From the NCBI GenBank assembly GCA_039934295.1, contig JBDTMN010000003.1, forward strand, positions 10,625-74,624: DNA of 64,000 bases, read 5' to 3'. The position numbers were made by a program, and so were the translations under genes. Positions 44,669 through 52,631 of the stretch are shown piece by piece (the stretch's first letter is position 1; every line of letters begins with the position of its first letter). Under the pieces are notes generated by a model. The model was not told where the DNA came from. It saw only the letters and a program-made list of their open reading frames with translations, and searched no databases. This DNA comes from Candidatus Tayloriibacteriota bacterium. Lineage in GTDB: Bacteria > Patescibacteriota > Minisyncoccia > Phycocordibacterales > HO2-43-120.

Positions 44669-46087
44669 TTGAGACACGTGACCGCCCATACCGCGACAAA
44701 ATATCATCCTCACGTAAAACTGATTTTCATCGGCAGTTTTCTTTTTCTTGTTTTCGCTTCCGCGGCTGCGATGGGCTTCAATACGAAGTTAAAATATGGC
44801 CAAGGCAGAAATGCATCCACTCTCCTTTACGCTCTCGATAGATATACAGAAAACTCGGAACTCTTGCAGGGAAAAATCCAGGCGGAAAAATATTTAAAAA
44901 CAAGAACAATCGCCGATGATACGATTGAAGCCCATATACCATCGGTGGGAAAATTTATTTCGGCTGACCTCGACCACATGGAGCTCGCGCTCTACGAAAA
45001 TCATCTGCTCTTGAAAAAGTACCCCATTATCGCCAAAGGAAAGCCGGGCTCATTTTGGGAAACTCCGAGCGGAGACTATCAGATTCTTGCCAAAGTGGGA
45101 ACACACTTCTCATCGGTGGGAGAGGTGTACATGCCGTGGAGCATGCAGTTCAACGGCAATTTTTTCATCCATGGCTGGCCCTACTATCCCGACGGAAGAG
45201 ATGTTGCGCTTGGATATTCAGGAGGATGCATTCGCATGAAAACAGATGACGCCAAAGAAATTTACGAATTTTCAAAAACAAGCACTCCCATTTTCGTCTA
45301 CGAAAAAAGCGACGAGATGGCAGAAACTCGCGCACTGTTTTCTTTGAAGAATATTCCTCCCCCGGAGATTTCAGCCCAAGCCTACATCGTCGCCGATGTG
45401 AACACGGGAGAGGTTTTTCTTGACAAGAACATCGACACTCCCATGCCCATCGCCTCTTTGACCAAACTCATGACGGCAATCGTAGCCAATGAAGTAATCA
45501 TGTTCGACCGAAAAATCACTATCACTCCGGAAGTTGTCGAAACACTGGGTGAAAGCGGAAACCTGAAGGCGGGAGAAGTGATGACCGCAAACGACGTCCT
45601 CTATCCCCTTTTGATGGAATCATCGAACGACGCCGCACGGGCGTTTTCAGCATACTATGGCGAAAGCAGTTTTATTTCGCACATGAACAAAAAAGCCAAG
45701 GCGATTGGAATGAAAAACACCACCTACGCGGACTCGTCTGGAATCTTGAGTGGCAATACTTCCACCGTGTATGACCTCTACATCCTCTCCAAATATCTGA
45801 AAAATAATAAATCATTCATACTCAACATCACCCGCCTCCCGACGAAAAAAATCACATCGTCTTTCCAAGTGCACAACTTCGGCAATTTCAATGTATTTTC
45901 AGCAGAGAAAAATTTCCTCGGAGGGAAAACCGGTTACACCAGAGCGGCCAACGGAACGATGATTTCGCTTTTCGAAATTCCCATCGGCAACGAAAAAAGG
46001 AATATTGCTTTCATCGTTCTCTCATCCCAAAATCAGGAAAAGGACGTGCGCGCACTTCTTACGTGGTTTGAAGAAGCGGCAAGCTGA
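44669..46087 (+). CDS. L,D-transpeptidase (YkuD) fused to D-Ala-D-Ala carboxypeptidase (S11)
   Basis: TPSG...IHGWP...SGGCIR; SLTK, SSN, KTG. Confidence 0.85.
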   Translation: MRHVTAHTATKYHPHVKLIFIGSFLFLVFASAAAMGFNTKLKYGQGRNASTLLYALDRYTENSELLQGKIQAEKYLKTRTIADDTIEAHIPSVGKFISADLDHMELALYENHLLLKKYPIIAKGKPGSFWETPSGDYQILAKVGTHFSSVGEVYMPWSMQFNGNFFIHGWPYYPDGRDVALGYSGGCIRMKTDDAKEIYEFSKTSTPIFVYEKSDEMAETRALFSLKNIPPPEISAQAYIVADVNTGEVFLDKNIDTPMPIASLTKLMTAIVANEVIMFDRKITITPEVVETLGESGNLKAGEVMTANDVLYPLLMESSNDAARAFSAYYGESSFISHMNKKAKAIGMKNTTYADSSGILSGNTSTVYDLYILSKYLKNNKSFILNITRLPTKKITSSFQVHNFGNFNVFSAEKNFLGGKTGYTRAANGTMISLFEIPIGNEKRNIAFIVLSSQNQEKDVRALLTWFEEAAS

Positions 46088-46299
46088 CAAAATTCTGATT
46101 TTGTCTCCCGCGGAGGCGGGGATCCAGATTAATCTACTACCCCGCCTCAATCGGACGAGGTAAGTTAAGAATCTACAAATAAATGGAGAAAAGTCCTATT
46201 CGTTGCATTCGCTGACTTATTCGTATATTCGCATCGTGTAGTGCTTGAACAATCAAGAAAATCATGCTAGTGTGTATTTTCCACTAACTACACGCCATA

Positions 46300-46809
46300 T
46301 TGAACACACGAACCAGAATCAATCATCAAATCAGGGCCGCGGAGCTCCGCGTCATCGGGAGCGAGGGCGAAAACCTTGGAGTTATTTCGCTTCAAGAGGC
46401 CCTCAAGAAAGCGGACGAAGTCGGGCTCGATCTTATTGAAATATCGCCGAATGCCACTCCGCCAGTTGCAAAAATCATGGATTATGGTAAATTCCAGTAT
46501 ACCGAGAACAAGAAATTAAAAGTGGCCCGTGCCAAGTCCCCCTCCGTAGAAACCAAGACAATTCAGGTAAAAATTGGCACAGGAGAGCACGATTTAGAGC
46601 TCAAAGCCAAGAAAGCCGGAGAATGGCTCAAGGAGGGCCATAGGGTAAAAATCGATCTTTTTTTAATTGGTAGAAGCAAATACATGGATTTCCAATTCTT
46701 GAAAGAGAGAATGGGGAGAGTGCTGAAATTGATTACCGAAGAATATAAAATTGCCGACTCGCCGAAGAAAAGCCCGAAAGGATTGTCGGTAGTTATTGAG
46801 AAAGCATAA
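46300..46809 (+). CDS. infC: Translation initiation factor IF-3 (non-AUG start)
   Basis: RINHQIRAAELRVI...LDLIEISPNATPPVAKIMDYGKF; in-frame ATA-TTG and no ATG at the start. Confidence 0.95.
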   Translation: MNTRTRINHQIRAAELRVIGSEGENLGVISLQEALKKADEVGLDLIEISPNATPPVAKIMDYGKFQYTENKKLKVARAKSPSVETKTIQVKIGTGEHDLELKAKKAGEWLKEGHRVKIDLFLIGRSKYMDFQFLKERMGRVLKLITEEYKIADSPKKSPKGLSVVIEKA

Positions 46810-46812
46810 AAT

Positions 46813-46890
46813 CAGCTGTTAGCTATTAGGTGTTAGCTTTTAGGAAAGAATCTTAAAGCTGACAGCTAATAGCTTACAGCTAATAGCTAT
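46813..46890. repeat. Family A palindrome element between infC and rpmI
   Basis: AGCTGTTAGCTATTAG...AGCTGACAGCTAATAGCT. Confidence 0.7.
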
Positions 46891-46892
46891 TT

Positions 46893-47078
46893 ATGAAGAC
46901 AAACAAATCCTATTCAAAGCGCCTCAAGGTAAGCAAGAACGGAAAAATCCGCGCTCGAAAGCCAGGCCAAAACCATTTTAATGCAAAGGAAAGCGGACGA
47001 AGTCAGCTTCGCAAAAGCCGCACAATACCTTTTGTAATGACCGGCAAGTCGAGATCCCGATTCATAAGTCAGCTATAA
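46893..47078 (+). CDS. rpmI: 50S ribosomal protein L35
   Basis: MKTNKSYSKRLKVSKNGK; position between infC and rplT. Confidence 0.9.
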   Translation: MKTNKSYSKRLKVSKNGKIRARKPGQNHFNAKESGRSQLRKSRTIPFVMTGKSRSRFISQL

Positions 47079-47148
47079 GCTTTTAGCTATTAGCTTTTAG
47101 CTTTTTTAATTAAAGCTGAAAACTAATAGCTAGTAGCTAACAGCTAAT
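47077..47148. repeat. Family A palindrome element between rpmI and rplT
   Basis: AGCTTTTAGCTATTAGC...CTAATAGCTAGTAGCTAACAGCT. Confidence 0.7.
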
Positions 47149-47153
47149 CCACC

Positions 47154-47498
47154 ATGACCCGCGTAAAAAAAGGCACGAATGCCTTAAAAACCAGAAAAAA
47201 TGTCCTTAGAAAAACCAAAGGCTACCGCTTTGGAAGAAGCACTAAGGAGAGACAGGCTCAGGAAGCTATTTTTCATGCCGGCTCCTATGCCTTTGCCCAC
47301 CGAAAAGATAAAAAAGGAGATGCTCGAAGACTCTGGACAGTAAGAATCAACGCCGCCTTAGCAAAAGAAGGTCTCTCATACAGCAAGTTTATGGGAGCGC
47401 TCAAAAAGAAAAATATCGCAATTGATAGAAAAATTCTCTCGGGACTCGCGGAGAAAAACCCGGAGACATTCACGAGACTCGTGAAGCAGGTCGTCTAA
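47154..47498 (+). CDS. rplT: 50S ribosomal protein L20
   Basis: MTRVKKG...RRLWTVRINAA...SYSKF...IDRKILS. Confidence 0.96.
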   Translation: MTRVKKGTNALKTRKNVLRKTKGYRFGRSTKERQAQEAIFHAGSYAFAHRKDKKGDARRLWTVRINAALAKEGLSYSKFMGALKKKNIAIDRKILSGLAEKNPETFTRLVKQVV

Positions 47499-47659
47499 GA
47501 AGAATTTCGAATTTGGATTACAGATTATGGAATAAGAAAGATGCAAAAAATCGCTCGTAATCTCGAGCGGTTTTTTGTATTCGGACAATACACTAATAAT
47601 GACAATATACTAATAATCCAAATCTATTCTCTTATTCTCACGATAGGAGAACAGACCGG

Positions 47660-48214
47660 TTACATATTTCTTGCAAGCCGAAGTGTTTTCCGCAGTTTTT
47701 TATAATCGGGACAGGCAAGGACGACTAAGTCCCAGAATTTTTGCGAGTGGTTAAGCTCGAGAAGATGGCAGAGTTCATGGACGACGAGATAGTCGGCGAG
47801 ATTCGGCGGCAAAAAAACAATTTTATAATTAAAATGTAAATTCCCGTTCTTTGAACAGCTTCCCCATCTGGACTTTTGATTTCTCACTCGCACATTTTTC
47901 CAGGCAAATCTGCCATCGTAAAAAGCCCTGTTAAAAAATTCAAGTCTTTCTTGGACAAGTGTCCCGGCAGTGCCCTTGTGCCAGTTATAGTCGCTCAAAC
48001 TGCTTTTCGGAAATTTCAACGCTCCTTCATATTTCTTTTCCCTCTTCCGAAATTTTTCGAGGGTTTCATCTATCCAATCTTTTTTTTCCTCCGCAAATAT
48101 CCTTGCTCTTTCCTCTAGAAACCCTAGTGGCATCTTGACCACAACCTCCTCGCTCGAGCCGATGCAAATAGAAACTCTCCGCACCCTCGCGCTTTTTTTA
48201 AAAATTAAATTCAT
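47660..48214 (-). CDS. YgjP/M48-like zinc metalloprotease
   Basis: RWGSCS, YLVVHELCHL, NHS..FW. Confidence 0.88.
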   Translation of the reverse strand: MNLIFKKSARVRRVSICIGSSEEVVVKMPLGFLEERARIFAEEKKDWIDETLEKFRKREKKYEGALKFPKSSLSDYNWHKGTAGTLVQERLEFFNRAFYDGRFAWKNVRVRNQKSRWGSCSKNGNLHFNYKIVFLPPNLADYLVVHELCHLLELNHSQKFWDLVVLACPDYKKLRKTLRLARNM

Positions 48215-48386
48215 CTTCAGTTAGTTCTTGCCTATATTCAGAAATATATGCATCCTCAATTTTATTATCACAAATATGTATTTGCGAATAAAATTGGGAG
48301 CTGTTCGCTATTTGGTGTTGGCTGTTAGGGATTCATTTCTGAATTTTGAGTCCCGAAGCTAAAAGCTAACAACTAGCAGCTAAAAG

Positions 48387-49775
48387 CTATTCCAGTTCAT
48401 ACTTTATTCCTTTTTCAGGAAAGATCGCGTTGACTCCGACATAATCCCGCAGACGTTGAACGAGAAAAAGAGACGACTTCGGCTCTCCCATCACAACGAA
48501 AACCTCTTTGAGGTTGTCTCGAGTTTTCTCCACAAATTCGATGAGGTGGTCAGAATCCTTGTGCGCAGAATATCCGCTTACCCGCTCAATGGTCGCACGT
48601 ACGGGGATTCTCTCGCCTCCAATCACTATTTCTTTCGCGCCATCCTGGATTGCTCGACCCAAACTTCCCGCGACCTGATACCCGATTAAAAGAAGGGTGC
48701 TTTTTGGATCGCTCAAATAATGTCTTTCATGACTCACTACTCTCCCTCCCACTGACATCCCCGACCCGGCAATAATGATTTTTGGATTCGCGACTTTAGC
48801 AATCTCGTCATGGTCGCGGGCAGAGACGCTGAATTTCAATTTTGGAAAATTAAAAATATTGTCTCCGCCTTTTATTTCTTCCTGCACAGTTTGATTAAAA
48901 TGCTCCGTCCCCTTTCTGTAAATATCCGTGACAGCAATTGCGAGTGGCGAATCGAGAAAAACCGGCACCGAAGAAATCTTGCCTTCCTCCACCAAATTAT
49001 TGATTTCATACAGAATTACTTGGGAACGTTCCAGAGAAAAAGCAGGAATTACCAAAGTTCCCCCTCGCGCTATTGCATCGGAAATAATCTCCCTCAACCG
49101 GCTTCGCCTCTCGTCCAAGGGCTCATGATTGCGGTCGCCATAAACTGAATCCATCACCAAATAGTTTGCATCAGTCAGTTCTTCGGTATCCTTCAACAAT
49201 GGCGAGGGAGAATTGCCCAAGTCGCCGGTGAAGACAAGTTTTCTCCATTCATTGCTCTCGTTGGAAGTTTTAAACGAAAATTCAACCATGGAAGAACCCA
49301 AAACATGCCCAGCGTCTTTCAAATAAAATGAGAGACCGGGAATTATTTCCGTCTTTGTGTGATACGGAATTACATTCCAGAGGGAGAGCGCGTGGGTAAT
49401 ATCTTCTTCAGTATAAAGAACCTCTGTATTTCTTTGTTCCGCCTCTTTTTGAAGAAGGCGCAAAGCGTCGGGAAACATCACTTCGGAAAGACTCTTCGTC
49501 TCGGGAGTAGAATAAATTACACCTGTAAATCCATCACGGACGAGCTTCGGAATTTTCCCTATGTGATCCATGTGAGCATGAGTGACAAAAAGATACTGAA
49601 TGGAAGACGGGTCGTAGGGAAACGGTTTTGCGTTTTGGTCCTCGGAAAATTTATCCCCTTGAAGAAGCCCGCAATCAACGAGTATCCGCAGATTTTCAAA
49701 CTCAAACAGAAAATTCGAGCCCGTCACTGTGCCAACGCCGGAGTAAAATGTGATGGAAGGATTATTCATTTGCAT
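48387..49775 (-). CDS. MBL-fold beta-CASP ribonuclease
   Basis: VDCG, THAHMDH, AGHVLGS, FTGDLG, SAHKD. Confidence 0.9.
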   Translation of the reverse strand: MQMNNPSITFYSGVGTVTGSNFLFEFENLRILVDCGLLQGDKFSEDQNAKPFPYDPSSIQYLFVTHAHMDHIGKIPKLVRDGFTGVIYSTPETKSLSEVMFPDALRLLQKEAEQRNTEVLYTEEDITHALSLWNVIPYHTKTEIIPGLSFYLKDAGHVLGSSMVEFSFKTSNESNEWRKLVFTGDLGNSPSPLLKDTEELTDANYLVMDSVYGDRNHEPLDERRSRLREIISDAIARGGTLVIPAFSLERSQVILYEINNLVEEGKISSVPVFLDSPLAIAVTDIYRKGTEHFNQTVQEEIKGGDNIFNFPKLKFSVSARDHDEIAKVANPKIIIAGSGMSVGGRVVSHERHYLSDPKSTLLLIGYQVAGSLGRAIQDGAKEIVIGGERIPVRATIERVSGYSAHKDSDHLIEFVEKTRDNLKEVFVVMGEPKSSLFLVQRLRDYVGVNAIFPEKGIKYELE

Positions 49776-49841
49776 TTAACATGTGACCGTTGACATGTGA
49801 CTTGAAAAATTGGATCCTGGTCAAATGTCACATGTTAATTG

Positions 49842-50258
49842 TCAATTGTTTTCAATTAAAATTTTCTCGTATTTCCTAAACACAAAATACAGATACCCTG
49901 AAAGTCCGCCAGCTATATCCATGAGGAGGTCAGATAGAGTATCAATTTCGTAATTTGAAACAATGAAGCTCTCCCCGAAAAGAAACTCGAAGAGTTCCCA
50001 GAGCACCCCAATTGTGAGAGCAAAAATCACAACCATGGCGAGGATTTGCGCAGACCGATTCGCCTTGAGATGAACATAGCCGGAAAAAAAGAAGAGCCAG
50101 AGAGAAGCAAGTGCTATCCAAACCCCGCCGAGATAGTGTACTACCTCATCATACCACCAAATTGACCAGTAAAGATAAAAAACTAAAGCCGAAAAATGCA
50201 ATACCACGATGCAAACAATCAGAACAAAAATCTGCTTCAATAACGTTTCTCGAATCAT
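49842..50258 (-). CDS. Small membrane protein
   Basis: WWYDEVVHYLGG...WELFE...DTLSDL. Confidence 0.7.
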   Translation of the reverse strand: MIRETLLKQIFVLIVCIVVLHFSALVFYLYWSIWWYDEVVHYLGGVWIALASLWLFFFSGYVHLKANRSAQILAMVVIFALTIGVLWELFEFLFGESFIVSNYEIDTLSDLLMDIAGGLSGYLYFVFRKYEKILIENN

Positions 50259-50359
50259 TGATATATAGTAGCAGAAAATAGTATAGCGTGTAACCTGCCT
50301 ACCCCGTTGAGCCTCTCCACTACTGGGTAACTCGTACCATCAGAAAAGATGTATAGAAG

Positions 50360-50388
50360 CTAAAAAATCCTCCATGAGGATTTTTTAG
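50360..50388 (-). terminator. Intrinsic terminator of the 6S-like RNA
   Basis: CTAAAAAATCCTC-ATG-GAGGATTTTTTAG. Confidence 0.65.
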
Positions 50389-50540
50389 TAGGGTCATTTG
50401 AAAGTATTGCCCTAGTCAAAAACTAGGTGGATGCCCTCAATTGCACTAATCAGATGGCGTTTTACGGTCTTCATCATGGCGCAACAATTTGAGCTTCCTA
50501 AATATGCTTTAATCTAGATAATACTCCAAATAACCCTGCT
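50388..50540 (-). ncRNA. Putative 6S RNA-like rod
   Basis: 5' GGGUUAUUUGGAGUAU pairs with 3' AUACUUUCAAAUGACCC; CUAG/CUAG; central bubble; apical stem. Promoter TTGCAT-16-TATAAT at 50544-50571. Confidence 0.6.
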
Positions 50541-50856
50541 CTCATTATAGACTCGTAAGAATGGAATGCAAGCTAAAATAGGTGTAAGGTTTTAGGTTTA
50601 AGGTGTAAGTAAATAAAATGAAAAAAATTAAAAATCCCAAGGGTAACCCTTGGGATTTTTAACCTAAAACCTAATTAATTCATGCCGACATTAAGAAATG
50701 TCGGCATCTCCCAATCTTGCCCACGAGTTCTCGAGTGGGTGCAAGATTGAGGATCCCGAGCGTGGCGAGGGACAGAAATTGTGCGCCGACATTAAGAAAT
50801 GTCGGCATCCTCAATTTTTCATCCACGAATTAAAAATTCGTGGGAAAAATTGGGAC

Positions 50857-51459
50857 CTACTTAAATATCCCCTTCAAATCCGTATCGTAGAGAATACTTT
50901 CTGGAGAGAGATGGTAATCAATGACTTCATCTTTGGAAAACCAGTGTTTGATTTCGTCCTCCGCTTCTTTGACCGAACCAGATGCGTGAATGAGGTTTCT
51001 TATTGCCCGGCCGTCTCTGTCCGCCATTTCGTACGAGTCCAAAACAAAGTCCCCACGGATTGTCCCGACATCAGACGAAAGAGGTTCAGTTCCTCCGGTG
51101 ATTTTTCGGACAATTTTTACAGCGTGTGCTCCCTGCCAGACCATTGCGATGACAGGTCCAGAACTCATGTACTTTTTGAGTACGCTAATTACCTGCTCCG
51201 CAATCACTAAAGGATCTTCCGAAGGCGGTTTCAGGCCCTTATCCTTGTATCCTTTGATGGATTTCACTCCGACATTCATTTTCCATTGCGGGTCGAGATT
51301 GTAGTGCTTGTCTATATGCTCTCCCGATGGGGCAAGCATTTTAACAGCCACGAGCTTGAGTCCAATCTGCTCGTAGCGCTTAATTATTTCTCCGACCAAA
51401 GTTCTTTGGATTCCGTCGGGCTTGATGATTACTAGGGTTTTTTCGTTTTTGGGATGCAT
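50857..51459 (-). CDS. ndk: Nucleoside-diphosphate kinase
   Basis: TLVIIKPDG, SGPV, GTIRGDF, NLIHAS. Confidence 0.95.
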   Translation of the reverse strand: MHPKNEKTLVIIKPDGIQRTLVGEIIKRYEQIGLKLVAVKMLAPSGEHIDKHYNLDPQWKMNVGVKSIKGYKDKGLKPPSEDPLVIAEQVISVLKKYMSSGPVIAMVWQGAHAVKIVRKITGGTEPLSSDVGTIRGDFVLDSYEMADRDGRAIRNLIHASGSVKEAEDEIKHWFSKDEVIDYHLSPESILYDTDLKGIFK

Positions 51460-51469
51460 TTTTTTTATC

Positions 51470-51553
51470 GCTGAACTGACTCGGAACTCTAACACGGAAC
51501 TAAACTGAACTTCTGTGACTTTCCGTGTTCTTCGTCCGTGTTGTTCTGTGTTA
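51470..51553. repeat. Family C element (CTGAACT/CGGAACT...TTCCGTG)
   Basis: Near-identical to 61867-61953 and 63076-63162. Confidence 0.75.
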
Positions 51554-51841
51554 AGCCCGTAGGGCGTTGAATTCCCCGATAACTTCGTCTGCGCAATCGT
51601 CGATAATTTTTTGAAATTGCGGAAGAGCGATTTGGAGGAATGACCGTAGCTTATCCTTGTATTCTCCTTCTGTCATCTTCTCAAGTTCCGCCTTCTCCTC
51701 GTGCGAAAGCTCGTCCAACACTTTAATAAATATCTTATCCTGAACAATGTTTAGCACGGTGGCAATAAGTTCTTCTCTCTCCTCGGGGGTAAAGCCGGAC
51801 AGATTGAGTCGGGGCTCGATTTTTTGTTTGAGCGGATTCAT
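51551..51841 (-). CDS. Small acidic helical protein
   Basis: 96-aa ORF of a type common in CPR (DUF5663-like, from recall only). Confidence 0.6.
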   Translation of the reverse strand: MNPLKQKIEPRLNLSGFTPEEREELIATVLNIVQDKIFIKVLDELSHEEKAELEKMTEGEYKDKLRSFLQIALPQFQKIIDDCADEVIGEFNALRA

Positions 51842-51866
51842 AACGTTAATGATTCGGCAATCAGTT

Positions 51867-52046
51867 TTAAGCCTCTCGCGTCTCTAGTATTTTTTGCAAT
51901 CCTCCTTTCAAATCAGCAAATCGATCATAGCCTTTTTCCAATATCTCCGCATTAACTCCTCCTTGCATTTCCTTGACCCGCTCTAAAAGTGCTTTCGAAG
52001 ATTCACCGCGCATCGCCCACTCTGGTTTAATTTGTCTCTCAAACAT
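51867..52046 (-). CDS. 59-aa hypothetical protein
   Basis: Manual translation MFERQIKPEW...ETREA; below the ORF-track cutoff. Confidence 0.35.
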   Translation of the reverse strand: MFERQIKPEWAMRGESSKALLERVKEMQGGVNAEILEKGYDRFADLKGGLQKILETREA

Positions 52047-52118
52047 TATATAAATAATTACTTTCTACTTTGGTACAGTATACTATTCATCCTCAAGTTG
52101 TCCATTTGCCTTAAGCGA

Positions 52119-52316
52119 TCATTTATCTTTTCCCCATATTGGAATGCCGAGATCTTTGCATATTTTCTTAGCTAAGAAAGTATTTATTTCGCTATGGCGA
52201 GGCAACGTTGAGGTCTTTTGATTTTTCGGATTCCAATATTATGAGTGGCGTTTTCCTTCGCGGAGTAAACGACAGCCACAGAACACAGCATAAGAAATCA
52301 AATCGCGACGTTTCAT
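52119..52316 (-). pseudogene. hicA: HicA toxin with an in-frame TAA
   Basis: MKRRDL...LLREGKRHS*YWNP...LPRHSEI...KICKDLGI; stop at 52239-52241. Confidence 0.8.
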
Positions 52317-52321
52317 TGTGA

Positions 52322-52549
52322 CTATGCCGGAACTTTCACATTCAAAAGTTCGCGGGAAATACCGCGCTTATTTCCGTTGTTTCCAATCTCTCTATTGGCT
52401 ACCAACGTCAAAATCAGAGCCTCTTTCAAGTTATCATGCGCTTCCTTTCGTGTTTTGCCTTGAGTGTTAACACCCGGAATCTCCTCAATCCAAGCGCTAA
52501 CCCACTTGCCCGTTTTTTTATACGCCGCTGTAAATTTTAAATCCACCAT
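52322..52549 (-). CDS. hicB: HicB-like antitoxin
   Basis: WIEEIPGVNTQGKTRKEAHDNLKEA. Confidence 0.85.
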   Translation of the reverse strand: MVDLKFTAAYKKTGKWVSAWIEEIPGVNTQGKTRKEAHDNLKEALILTLVANREIGNNGNKRGISRELLNVKVPA

Positions 52550-52631
52550 AATAGGGTCATTATATCAAATCAGACCAGAAAATCAACAAATACCAGAATT
52601 CTTTGTACAATAAACAGAGTGGGGTAAGAGA

